A stretch of DNA of 64,000 nucleotides from Octopus vulgaris (GCA_951406725.2 OX597818.1:87854001-87918000); one strand, 5' to 3'. Counted from the stretch's first letter, positions 42,508 to 58,499 are shown. A program made the numbers and translations. Notes: generated from the sequence alone by a model not told the origin.

Positions 42508-43110
42508 GTGAGGTGTTCATTGAAGATTTACCTTGAGCCACTTCCGGTTATTGCAGGAAACGGAACACGTACAGGTAAAATCATACATGTCTTTACATGT
42601 CACATTGTAAATTGCAGCTTTGCACTAGTATTTGTTTGTCTTTTACGGCTGCTGAATTGGACTAAGGTGTTATAATGGAGGCAGTTGAATGCAGATCAGT
42701 GATCAGGTTCTTATACTTGAAAGGTCGTACACTAAAAGCGACTTTGGATGCAATGAAAGAAGTTTGTGGTGACGATGCCCCATCATACAACGTAGTCAAG
42801 CACCGGCATCGCCAGATCAAATGTGGTCGGACATCAGTGGAAACTGCTCCTATTCTTAGACGACCACATTCCGCCATTGATGACGACACCATCCATAAAG
42901 TGTTAGCCGACATTTTGGAGGATATCCGCATAACTATTCGGCAACTAGCCCCAGAAGTGAAGATAAATTTGGGGTCCGTGGAAAAAATCCTTCACGACCA
43001 TATGCACATGTGGAAGTTGTCTGCACGGTAGATTCACCGGATGTTCACACCTTTTCAGAAGCTGCAACGAGTCAGTAACTCCCAGTCTTTTTTGACAATG
43101 TGCACGTAAA
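42508..43110 (+). mobile_element. 3'-truncated mariner related to 30483-31741
   Basis: MEAVECRSVIRFLYLKGRT...GSVEKILHDHMHMWKLSAR* (ORF 42675-43031) is a clear paralogue of the 30640 transposase; degenerate left TIR. Confidence 0.9.
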
Positions 43111-43267
43111 AAAAAATTGTAATGGTATTCCCTTGAAGTCATCTTTCGTTTTGACGCTCAGAACTGTTATCCAGATCAGCTGGTTTTGTTCGTTAATTTC
43201 CGTAAAACTTTTTTATTTATTTACTTTTGTTTTAAAGTGAGAGAGGAGAAAGTGTATACGAAATGAA

Positions 43268-43327
<60 letters not shown>

Positions 43328-43566
43328 CGTGTGAGAGTGAGAGCCACTTATACATGAGAGCACGTACGTTCACTCACTCACCCTCTCTCTCTCATAGACA
43401 CACACATGTACACCTACATGCAAAAAAGATGTACGCATATGTATTGATGTATGTACGTATACATGACAACACACCCCTTCACTCACCCTCTCTCTTTCTC
43501 TTTCTCTCTCTCTCTTTTTCTCTCTCCTTCTCTCTTCCACTTTCTCTCTCTTTCAGTATCTCTCTT

Positions 43567-43603
<37 letters not shown>

Positions 43604-43929
43604 TTTACACACACACATCTATCCATATACACGTACATACATCTTTCACTTTCGCCTCTCTTTCCCTTTAAAACAAAAGTAAATAAAAATAAAATATTTT
43701 TACAGAAGTTAATGACTTGAAAATAAATAAAAAAAACATTAAAATATTGCATGTTTAAAGAAAACTAAAATATAAATACTTATTGTACAAACAACATTCA
43801 GTGAAAAGTATTTCTAAATGATTAAAATATTGTGTGTGTCAATAAGCCGACGTTTTTTTTCTTCTTAGAGAGCGCGAAGATTATGTGTGTGTATAAGTCA
43901 CAGATTAGTGGACGAGTGTTTGCGTTGAT

Positions 43930-44086
43930 TGACACGCCATGGCAGTCATTATATGTGTCTTGACGTCACTGAAGCCATGTTTTCTTTCGTCAAGAAATAA
44001 CTGACAAAATTTGTGTTTACTCGTTTTCACTAATAAATAGAGGTCCATATATCACAAATATTTGTACTACACTGCTGAGGGTAAGT
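43930..44086 (+). promoter_or_regulatory. Candidate promoter/first exon: CRE site and strong splice donor
   Basis: TGACGTCA at 43961-43968; GAGG|GTAAGT donor at 44081. Confidence 0.3.
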
Positions 44087-44374
44087 ATGAAAATAAATAT
44101 GCAAAAAAAAAAAAAAATCAAGATAAAATATATTATTCCTGAGGTATTTCGGGAATAGACACACATCTCTAGAGCTTTAGTATTATCAAGATGGATCTAC
44201 CGATGTGAAGATCTACTGAGGATAATAAAATTAACTGGAGGTTTTCTACACTCACGGAGGTTAGCCAGCAATATTAACCGGTAAAAATGAATAGGGTACC
44301 TGCTAGGAATGTATATCCCTACCAACCAAATTTGAAAATTTACCTTTAAGATATATATATATATATATATATAT

Positions 44375-44605
44375 AATTCTCGGCGACAACTATGATTGTC
44401 ACACGCTGACGAGAGGTCAATACCTCGAAACTCGAGTCCGTGTGTATCATAAGTTGAAGACGGGAAGGATGACTTCCCTTTGCAAATACTGACAGGACAC
44501 AGATAGTGTGTCTATGGCCAGCTGGAGGAGTGTGTCCTCCTGGGGCTAAAAACTACAGTAGCATCCACCCTTAGGGGTTAGCCATATTGAAATGGCAAAA
44601 ATACG

Positions 44606-44610
<5 letters not shown>
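44375..44610 (+). mobile_element. Retrozyme-like non-coding element (~235 bp) between two (TA)n runs
   Basis: Contains a canonical hammerhead and at least four further hairpins; no ORF. Confidence 0.6.
44400..44444 (+). ncRNA. Minimal type I hammerhead ribozyme
   Basis: Stem I CACACG/CGTGTG; core CUGACGA (44406-44412); stem II GAGGU-CAAU-ACCUC; GAAAC; palindromic loop III UCGA; GUC cleavage triplet (44436-44438). Confidence 0.88.
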
Positions 44611-44672
<62 letters not shown>

Positions 44673-44678
44673 CATGTA

Positions 44679-44710
<32 letters not shown>

Positions 44711-44886
44711 CGCACATATATACGTTAATGTCGAACACCGCATTGGTGGATAAAAAATTCTTTATTTGCGTATTGAGGTCGACATTGGTTTCATGTTAAG
44801 AAAATATCCTAGCAGGTTTTCAAGATGATCACATGGTAAAATTGGTGTTCATCTCTATCTCTATCTAATACATACATACATACATA

Positions 44887-44939
<53 letters not shown>

Positions 44940-44972
44940 GGAAAATAAGACAAGGTAGAACATTTTTTTCTA

Positions 44973-45020
<48 letters not shown>

Positions 45021-45096
45021 TTTGTGAAATTTGATTTAGTATTTCTAAATTGAACTTTTCCTTGTAAGTTTGGAATAATATTCCCTCATATTATTA

Positions 45097-45198
<102 letters not shown>

Positions 45199-45349
45199 CG
45201 GAGTAAACACATAAACGTGAAACAAGGTGGAAAAAAAGAGTACTCAAAAACGGGAACGTGAAACTCAGAGTAACAGGTTTTGTTGAATTTTCTGCTGCTT
45301 TAAATAAAATATATATATCTATATATGCATATTTGTATGTCAGCATAGA

Positions 45350-45570
45350 CAATCACTTCTACTCTGGGCACAAGGGCTTGAAACTGTGGGGAAAGGGAGC
45401 TAGTCGATTAAATCGACCCCAGTGGCTCACTGTTACTAAATTTATCGACCTCGAAAGGATGTAAGGCAAAGTTGACTTCGGTGGAATTTAAACTCAGAAC
45501 GTAGCGAGAGGCCGAATACCACTAAGCATTACGTCTAGCATTCTAACGATTCTGCCACCTCACCGCCTTA
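45350..45570 (-). mobile_element. SINE family A, diverged copy
   Basis: TTTATCGACCTCGAAAGGATGTAAGGCAAAGTTGAC...CTAACGATTCTGCCACCTCACCGCC. Confidence 0.85.
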
Positions 45571-45754
45571 TACGTCAGCATAGATAATAACCGCACGGGC
45601 GTTCCATTAAACAATAAGTTAAAAACATAACAAATAGACAAATAAATGAAAAACAAGCACAAAAGTTCACCAAATCCTCATCAGTTTCACTCTAGCAAAT
45701 TGCAATTGCTAGTTAATGGGTGCGAATTGCACTTCTTAGATACACACAACCACG

Positions 45755-47510
<1,756 letters not shown>

Positions 47511-47609
47511 CATGACCCGGTTCAACAAAGACAGTATCAAGTCCTTCAGTTCTCAGCCGTGTCATAACTGGCACCGCAGAAACGGTTGCGCCTTGTGCCT
47601 TCACCAACG

Positions 47610-48425
47610 AGATCAAATCGCGCCTGGGTCGACTTTGCCTTTCATTTTTTAAGCGGTTCATAAAATAGGTACTAGCTGGCTGGCACTAGGGTTGGTATAG
47701 GCGCGGTTGGTAAGGGGTTGATAAGGGCGGCGAGCTGGCAGAAACGTTAGCACGCTGGGCGAAATGCTTAGCGGTATTTCGTCAGCTGTTACGTACTGCG
47801 TTCAAATTTCGCCGAAGTCGACTTTACCTTTCATCCTTTCGGGGTCGATAAATTAAGTACCAGTTGCGCACTGGAGTCGATGTCATCGACTTAATCCGTT
47901 TGTCTGTCCTTGTTTGTCCCCTTCTATGTTCAGCCCCTTGTGGGCAGTAAAGAAATAACTAGGGGTTGGTGTAATCGTCTACACCCGCCCTTCTCGCCCA
48001 AATTTCAGGCCTTGTGCTAAGAGTAGAAAGAATTATAATTTATTATTATTATTAAGGAGGCAATCTGGTAGAGTCGTTAGCATGCTGGACGAAATGCTTG
48101 TGGAGTTTCGACCGTCGCTCCGTTCTGAGTTCGAAATCCACCAAGGTCGACTTTGCCATCCATTCTTTCGGAGTCGATAAATTAAGTACTAGTTGCGTAC
48201 TGGAGTCGATCTAATCGACAGGCCTCCTCCCCCAAAATTTCAGGCTTTGTTGCTATAGTACAAATGATTATTAAGGCCGCAAGCTGGCAGAATCATTAGA
48301 AAATCAGACAAATTGCTTTTCATGATTTTGGGGTCGATAAAATAAGTCCCAGTTGAGTACTGGGGTTGATGTAATCGACTAGCCGTCTCTCTTCAAATTT
48401 CAAGCCTTATGCCTGTAGCAGAAAG
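47610..48425 (+). mobile_element. SINE family A cluster (at least 4 copies of different ages; young copy 47725-47958)
   Basis: GGCGGCGAGCTGGCAGAAACGTTAGCACG head; two alternative tails. Confidence 0.9.
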
Positions 48426-48439
48426 TACCATTATTATTA

Positions 48440-48532
48440 TTGAGTGAGAGAGCAATACATGCCATGAAAGTGATACTGAGATACAAATATACGAAGCCTA
48501 TTATACCCAGCATGGCAACCTGTCTGATAAGG
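48440..48532 (-). mobile_element. Repeat family C terminal fragment
   Basis: Reverse complement of ~13650-13740. Confidence 0.8.
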
Positions 48533-48896
48533 ATGTATCAATAGCAGCAGAGGACAACGTTTCTCCAAAAGAAATGGAGAAACTTTCAAAATACAAAGAC
48601 CTGTAAATAGAGGTAACCAGAATGTGGAATCTAAAAACAGAAACAATTCCTATCATAGTAGATGCATTAGGCATGATAAAAAAATATTCAGACAAATACA
48701 TAACAAAAACACCAGGACTTACAAACACATATAACATACAGAAAATTGCACTACTAGACACTGCACACATCCTACGCAGAACACTTTCCATACAATAACC
48801 ATCAGAGCATCACAACAAATCACAGCACATACCCAAGGCACACAGAGCTGCGCTCGGTAGTGAAGTGAAAGCACGATATAAAAATAAAACTACTGA
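48532..48896 (+). mobile_element. R4/Dong-type LINE 3' fragment ending in (TAA)n
   Basis: Near-identical to the 3' end of 49950-51754 (KEMEKLSKYK...TAHILRRTLSIQ*, 3' UTR, CTACTGAATAATAA). Confidence 0.9.
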
Positions 48897-48910
48897 ATAA
48901 TAATAATAAT

Positions 48911-49032
48911 GTTGTAGTATTTGGGGATGGTCATGTTGCCAGTTTAGCCAATAAGAATATCCCCAAATACAACAATATGTTTCAACACACGAATTCACAT
49001 CAAGAATCTTGCAAAACGAATATATAAACGTA
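48911..49032. repeat. Second copy of the 41768-41930 fold-back repeat (opposite orientation, one arm partly deleted)
   Basis: GTATTTGGGGATGGTCATGTTGCCAGTTTAGCCAATA...ATCCCCAAATACAACAATAT...GAATCTTGCAAAACGAATATATAAACGTAATA. Confidence 0.88.
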
Positions 49033-49055
49033 ATAATAATAATAATAATAATAAT

Positions 49056-49109
<54 letters not shown>

Positions 49110-49313
49110 AAGAAGTAGTAGCAGCAGCAGCAGCAGTAGTAGAAGTATGTGTGGGTGTACGTGTTTGTATATTCATTTCATTTCATGTCGCAATTGTTGA
49201 ATCTATGTGGGGGTCCCCCCTTTGCTATTCCGCGCTTCATAGTTCGTATTATGTATAGTATTTATATATAGAGTTTAATGTGGCCTACTGCACTAAATAA
49301 CTGAATAAATATT

Positions 49314-49391
<78 letters not shown>

Positions 49392-49696
49392 AGCACAGTT
49401 CAACAAGGAAATATAACAAAAATACATTATATAAAACAAAGATTCAACCAAAATAGATTCAGCTTTTTTAATTTGTGGCCGAGTGAAACTGGCAGGTGAT
49501 ATGTTGTTTAATCGTTAACACGGTTGTCTGGCAAGCAATCGGTACGTGGTTCGTATCCCGTAGGCTTCTGGGCACACCCATACACGAACGTGTACATGCA
49601 AACACACACACACACACATACGCGCACACATGCACACACACACACACACGCACACACACACACACACATGAATACATGCTTATATATAAGATGTAA

Positions 49697-49730
<34 letters not shown>

Positions 49731-49752
49731 ACAGCTACATATATGCATACGA

Positions 49753-49783
<31 letters not shown>

Positions 49784-49907
49784 TTATAGGTACGTATGGA
49801 TGTATGCATGCATATATGTATGTATGTGTGTATGTATGTATACATGTATAAAATCACCGTTAGTGCATTTGAGAGAGAAAGCGAGAGATTGAGAGTGAGA
49901 ATTTTAA

Positions 49908-49942
<35 letters not shown>

Positions 49943-49949
49943 TTATTAT

Positions 49950-51881
<1,932 letters not shown>

Positions 51882-51882
51882 A

Positions 51883-52085
51883 ATAAATTCCCTGATGCAG
51901 TACCAGGCAGTGGCTCTTGTGGCTTCTAATCTTCATTGCTTGGAAGTGTTATCACGTACATGTTTTGTCTTGATATAAAAGATGGACTGCAGCAAATATT
52001 CTGCTCAGTACCACAGATTTACTTGCCAGTTGTTTGACCTGCACCAGTTGAGCATGTCCCTTAGTGGCTGACGATATATGCATCT

Positions 52086-52087
<2 letters not shown>
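51883..52087 (+). mobile_element. Repeat family C, first ~200 bp
   Basis: Homologous to 13824-13945 (ATAAAAGATGG.CT.CAGCAAATATTCTGCTCA...ACCAGTTGAGCATGTCCCTT.GTGGCTG). Confidence 0.8.
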
Positions 52088-52156
<69 letters not shown>

Positions 52157-52308
52157 GCCGCCGCCGCTGCTGCTGCTGTCACTGCTATAACAACAAAAAT
52201 AACCATACCAACTCTTTCTTTTATATTTTAAAGAGGAGCAATGCAAACGGATAACGTTTAAATAGGAAATACAATTATTTGGGGATATAATTAAAATCAT
52301 TGTAATCA

Positions 52309-52378
<70 letters not shown>

Positions 52379-52549
52379 GTTTATCCTGCTGCTGCTGTCG
52401 TTGCTGGTTTTAAATGGAGTGTAAATCACATGTAGAATAATCGACACACCAAAAGTAAACGGATGCAAGAATAAACGATTGATTTCGTGCGGAACACCTC
52501 ACTAACTGGCACTGTGACAGGTATTACTCTGCTTGTAGGAGAACAATGA

Positions 52550-52640
52550 TGGAAATTGGCCGACAGGAAGTAACAAAATGGTGTTCGTATTGGATGGGGA
52601 TTTGTACATGCCATAAAATTATTCAAAGTGACGTCAACAA
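52550..52640. promoter_or_regulatory. Candidate regulatory motif cluster
   Basis: ATTGG twice, CAGGAAGT (ETS), CAAAATGG (YY1-like) and TGACGTCA (CRE) within 90 bp. Confidence 0.25.
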
Positions 52641-52697
52641 CAGCAAATTTCAATAGCAAAGAAATAAAAAACCCCAAAAATGAAAATCTATTATCAC

Positions 52698-54215
52698 AGG
52701 CGCAGGAGTGGCTGTGTGGTGGGAAGAAATTAACAAAAGCTTGGGTCCGTGGGCTGCCACCCGGGATAGAAAAACCGAGTGGATAGAAGATACTATTCGC
52801 CGGGGTTTGGGTGGCAGCGGAGCCAAGCTCATCAATGTTAAAGTGTTGCCTGCGACTGAATGGGTGGGTTTGACCCTGTGGACCCAATCAACCAAATGGG
52901 TTGTCCAGATTTTTTGAGGATGGCCGGTTCTAGGTATCCGTTGATTCTTGAGGGATGCCCCCCTCCAAGTGTCACCCGTGCCTGGAACCGGGACACATTC
53001 AGAAAAACTGCCCCCATGACCAAGGTAAGTTCCCGGAGCAGTTAATAGAAGCAGTACCCCCGCTCCCCCATCGGAGGGAGAGATGGAGGTAGTAGAGGGT
53101 TGAAGACCTCCTCGAAGGTAGGCAACAATGGTTGCCTGCCAATGGATTCTAAAGCAGCGGGAGGGAAGGAAGATCTTCCGGACAAAACGAAAGAACTCCA
53201 CCCTCCAGTCATAAAAGAGAAAGAAAGAAAAAAGAAAAACGGGGCATTGCCGGTGGTTGCGAGTACACTGCCGGCATGTCCTGAAGCTTATTCGGTGAGA
53301 ATTGTGCCACCAGAGGGGAGATTTGAGGACTCTCTCTATATGGAGGAGGAATTTCTAGTCTTGTGCCACAGGGGAGGGAAATCCAAAAACTGATTAAAAA
53401 GTTTAATAAAAAAGGTCGATGGGAAGGAATTAATACCTGCATCAAGAACTCTGATTGGCCTCTGCAGGTAGCTGCAGAGGTCGTGTGGGAAAAAAACTTG
53501 TTTGAGGTAATAAAGTCCTTCCCTGAGGACACATTTCGCTTTTTGTTGAAAAGTCCCGACCTAGCACCATCGAGGTGCATGAGTGTGGCATTGAGCCTGG
53601 TCGAGTGACGGCGGGGCGGAAAAATTAGTGCCTCGTATTGTGTATTTTCATTAGAGTAAGAGGTCTAATGCCTCAGTCTGTTGTTTTGTTTTATGTTTTG
53701 AGTTTATTGTTTGTAAGAGGCTCAGAGCCTCAATTTAGAATGAACTACGGAACTGAAGTAAGAGGTTTAATAACTCGTATTGTTTTTACTATGTAAAAAA
53801 AAAAAGAATACTGTTTTAGAGAAGCAAAAAATCGGCGTACGTTTTTTGTCTTCTCCCAACAATATCATTCTTTTTCATCATTCATCTCATCAATGTTGTT
53901 GTCCAGCCTGCAAGCTACTCTGTGTTATGCCTTTATGGCAAAATTTTGAAATTAAGTAGCTTGCTAATCAACCACATGGTTCAGGGCTCAGTCCCATTGC
54001 GTGGTAACTTGGACAAGTGTCTTCTACTATAGCCTCGAGCCGACTAGAGACTTGTGGGTGGATTTACTGGTGTGTTTACGTCGCTGTAACTTAGCGGTTC
54101 GGCATACTTATATTATACCGATAGTATACGTATTGGGATCGATGTGTTCGACTAAAGGCGTTGCTCAAATATATTGCCGTAGTCAAATGACTGAAACAAA
54201 TAAAAGAATAAAACA
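52698..54215 (+). mobile_element. Split SINE family B (head 52698-52720, remainder 53954-54215)
   Basis: AGGCGCAGGAGTGGCTGTGTGGT | AAGTAGCTTGCT..CAACCACATGGTTC is contiguous in intact copies. Confidence 0.8.
52721..53810 (+). mobile_element. ORF1-like (zinc-knuckle) retroelement remnant with A-rich tail, inserted into a SINE B head
   Basis: LILEG-PP-KCHPCLEPGHIQKNCP (CX2CX4HX4C at 52970-53011); T/G-rich UTR and an A run at ~53795; no RT seen. Confidence 0.7.
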
Positions 54216-54251
54216 ATACTACGACAACAACAGGCAATATTATTATTATTA

Positions 54252-54323
<72 letters not shown>

Positions 54324-54892
54324 TTGGGACCTACATACACTGGAAGCTATGGCAACACTATGGATAAACAACAGAAAAAAGATGGTATAAGCACGCGCCA
54401 GAAAAGGTCACAGAAAATGAGAAAGCAACCACACTATGGGAAATGCTAATACACACCGATAGAGAAATTAAGGTCAATAGGCCCGATATAGTTGTCAGAG
54501 ATCATAAAGAAAAAAAAAGCTTCCTAATTGATGTATCAATACCAGCAGATGACAGCGTTTCTCTAAAAGAAATGGAGAAACTTTCAAAATACAAAAACCT
54601 GGAAATAGAGGTAACTCGAATGTGTAGTCTAAAAACAGAAACAATTCCTATCATGGTGGGCGCATTAGGTATGATGAAAAATATTCAGACAAATACATAA
54701 CAAAACACCAGGACTAACAAGTATTTATAACATACAGAAAATAGCACTACTACGCACTGCACACATCCTACGCAAAACACTTTCAATACAGTAACCATAA
54801 GAGCATCACAGCAAACCACAACACATTCCCAAGGCATACAGAGCTGCGCTCGGTAGTGCAGTGATAGAGCGTTATAAAATTAAGACTACTGA
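54324..54892 (+). mobile_element. 5'-truncated R4/Dong-type LINE in (TAA)n
   Basis: HTDREIKVNRPDIVVRDHKEKKSFLIDVSIP; same 3' UTR and CTACTGAATAA end. Confidence 0.93.
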
Positions 54893-54901
54893 ATAATGAT
54901 G

Positions 54902-54935
<34 letters not shown>

Positions 54936-54967
54936 CAACAACAACAATAATATTAAAAATAAAAATG

Positions 54968-55031
<64 letters not shown>

Positions 55032-55042
55032 TGATGATGATG

Positions 55043-55083
<41 letters not shown>

Positions 55084-55249
55084 AAAATAATAATGATAAT
55101 AATAATAATAATGATGATGATGATGATAATCATGATAAAATAAAAATAATAATAATAATAATAATAACGATAATGATGGTGATGATAATAATAATAATAA
55201 TAATAATAACAATAATAATAATAATAACAACAACAACAACAACAACAAC

Positions 55250-55311
<62 letters not shown>

Positions 55312-55325
55312 TAATAAATAATAAT
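54893..55325. repeat. (AAT)n/(GAT)n/(AAC)n array
   Basis: Direct. Confidence 0.95.
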
Positions 55326-55679
55326 TTCTTAACAATGAATGCTACAAGGAAATAACGAAGCTAATGATAATGATATTGAGTAACAGTGTTCTCATATGCC
55401 CCATTAAAAACAAAGGTACTTAGAGAATTCAACGGTCATTTGTTTACATTGGTCGAAAGTCTGACGCCGCTGTCTAAAAAGTAAAAACCGTTTAAGTTTA
55501 TCTTAATACAAATTTGAAAAGGATTATTTTTACAGTGCAGTACAATGCATTCGAAATCGAATACTAATAAATATATAAATACAAACTTAAGTTTTTATTA
55601 AACAATCGTTTGTCGGTACACAACCCACAACCCACACACCACAAACCCGCATAAATACACACAAGTACACCTAGATACA

Positions 55680-56029
55680 CACTCATACATACATACATAC
55701 ATACATACATACATACATACATACATACATACATTCATACATACATCCATCCATCCATCCATCCATCCATACACACATACATACATACATACATACATAC
55801 ATTCATACATACATACATTCATACATACATTCATACATATATACATACATACATACATTCATACATACATACATACATTCATACATACATACAATCATCC
55901 ATACATACATACATACATACAAGCATACATACATACATACATGCATACATCCATCCATCCATCCATCCATCCATCCATCCATCGATCCATCCATCCATAC
56001 ATACATACATATATCCATCCATCCATCCA

Positions 56030-56062
<33 letters not shown>

Positions 56063-56175
56063 CCATCCATCCATCCATCCATACACACACACACACACAC
56101 ATACATACATACATACATACATACATACATACATACATACATACATACATACGTACATACATACATACATACGTA
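55680..56175. repeat. (CATA)n/(CATC)n array
   Basis: Direct. Confidence 0.95.
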
Positions 56176-56492
56176 TACTCATGAGTGGGTGTTATATTGT
56201 TAGACAAAGGGAAACGTGTTCATATCAAGAGTACTTATCTGAAAGACAATAAGAGCATTCGATCACTCGTATTTTTATTTGTGTTGTTTGGGTACTTTTT
56301 GTTTGGTAGCACGTTTCTGCCTCTTTTGTTTCAGCAATGTAAACATTCGTTCGACATTTAACAGTATATTAAATTCATTCGCAAATACGCACGCACACAC
56401 ACACACGCACACATGCTCACACACACACACACACACATACACATATGAACGTACGTGTGTGTTTATATACCGTATACATATGGGCGCATGTA

Positions 56493-56527
<35 letters not shown>

Positions 56528-56613
56528 CATCGTCGACGATGAGGACGAAGATCCCAACACCGCGGTCACCGCGGCCACCGTAGCCACCGCGGCCACCATA
56601 ATGAGAATGATGA

Positions 56614-56710
56614 TCACGACCGACAATGGAACCAACGAAAATTCTTATTGAATTTGTGAAGCAAGTTTGTGCCGAGCCCACCCTGTTCTTCTTCCTCCAA
56701 ATTCTGTAAC
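56614..56710 (-). other. Candidate exon after the acceptor GTTATTTCAG|G
   Basis: Unique, relatively GC-rich sequence; possible frames LQNLEEEEQGGLGTNLLHKFNKNFRWFHCRS* or VTEFGGRRTGWARHKLASQIQ*; no homology recognised. Confidence 0.2.
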
Positions 56711-56909
56711 CTGAAATAACGCAGTGTACCCCATACCAGACCAAACAAGAACGCCTGCCAGAGAAGGTAAGGACGCTCTATGTCAACACAATGTGATGTA
56801 TCATCAAGCCACCTGTTCACCCGTGGCAACTCGTGTTTCGATGATGCGTCATGCTACGGTGACGCCTGCCGATGCGTGCACGTGTCTGCGTATATTTACT
56901 GACACACGT

Positions 56910-56943
<34 letters not shown>

Positions 56944-56995
56944 GCAACGGACAAACACGCACAGAGGCAAAACACAACACGCAGAGGCAAAACAC

Positions 56996-57045
<50 letters not shown>

Positions 57046-57206
57046 GCACCAACACAGACATATTTTTATAGCAGAAAGTTTCGTGACTCAAGGACCAAGG
57101 AGTTTGGCATGGAAATCATGAAACGTATACGTATGTGTGAGCTTGCATCTGTATATATGCATGTTTTAAACACATACATACATACATACATACATACATA
57201 CATACA

Positions 57207-57242
<36 letters not shown>

Positions 57243-57302
57243 TATGCATATATACATGCGTATGCGTACATACATGTATACGTCTATACATGTGCATATG
57301 TA

Positions 57303-57532
57303 AGGCGGCGAGCTAGCAGAAACGTTAGCGCGCCGGGCGAAATGCTTAGCGGTATTTCGTCTGTCGTTACGTTCTGAGTTCAAATTCCGCCGAGGTCGAC
57401 TTTGCCTTTCATCCTTTCGGGGTCGATAAATAAAGTAACAGTTTCGCATTGGGGTCGATGTAATCGAATTAATCCGTTTGTCTGTCCTTGTTTGTCCCCT
57501 CTATGTTTAGCCCCTTGTGGGTAGTAAAGAAA
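57303..57532 (+). mobile_element. SINE family A, clean monomer
   Basis: GGCGGCGAGCTAGCAGAAACGTTAG (A-box-like), GAGTTCAAATTCC (B box), core, and tail ...CCCCTTGTGGGTAGTAAAGAAA. Confidence 0.93.
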
Positions 57533-57994
57533 CATACATGTGCGTATGTGGGCACAGGACGTCACAAAACATGACAAAAAATACGAAGTACGAGGACATG
57601 GAATAAGGACATTTTTGCAAGCAACGAAAGAAGCAAATGGAAAACAAGACAAGCAACACAATGAACGACCCATCACCAGTTGTCGGTTGTTTTTCTAATC
57701 CGTATTTCGTGCAATTCACGACACGATACGCCTTCAATAAAGCAGTTACTCCTGCAAAGCAAATTAAATAAAATTTACGATTTTGCGGAGGGTCAAGATT
57801 GGTGATAAAAACAGGACAGTGAAAACAGACAGGAAAGGCTGATAAGCCTAAACGAGATTGTGGTGGCGGACACAAAGAAACAAGTCTGAACAGGAGGCAG
57901 AGAACAATATGTCTTCCCTTTCCAGCTGAAACAGGAAGAAAGAAACACAGGTTAGGAGAATGGCCGATATATATATATATAATTAAAAGAAAAA

Positions 57995-58205
57995 AAGGAG
58001 AAAAAAGACAACAAAAAACAACAACAACACGGGGACGTTGCTCATGCAAAGTCGTAATAAGACGCTCAAAGAAGGAAAAGAGTGGTTGTTTTACGTTTCG
58101 AGCATAGCTCTTCTTCGGAAACAGAAAGCATTTGAAAGTCCGCAGGAATGTCCAAAGGAAAAGGATGAAAGAGAAAAAAAAACGTCAACAGTCAATGTGT
58201 AGTTA
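57995..58205 (-). repeat. Dispersed repeat with a hammerhead-like motif (58085-58125); partial homologue at ~34195-34275
   Basis: Minus strand CCGAAGAA-GAGC TAT GCTC-GAAACGTA; CATGCAAAGT..TAATAAGACGCTCA.AGAAGGAAA is shared with 34.2 kb. Confidence 0.6.
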
Positions 58206-58214
58206 CCTTTTTAC

Positions 58215-58259
<45 letters not shown>

Positions 58260-58263
58260 TACA

Positions 58264-58333
<70 letters not shown>

Positions 58334-58402
58334 CATATATATATAAGGCATTATTAGAGAATGACTCACCCCAGACACAACAGAATATACATAATTATAT
58401 AC

Positions 58403-58445
<43 letters not shown>

Positions 58446-58499
58446 AACATGCATGCATACGTACATAATCTATAATATGTTTTTCTTCCGAATCTTAAC

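Noticed and set aside
51883-51960. Possible U2 snRNA similarity in family C (TGCAGTACCAGG)
   Set aside because: Only a short partial match with no Sm site or co-linear U2 5' region
56417-56635. Signal-peptide ORF (VPLSVVIIILIMVAAVATVAAV...)
   Set aside because: Starts at a non-ATG codon after an in-frame stop and runs into (TCA)n and (TG)n microsatellites
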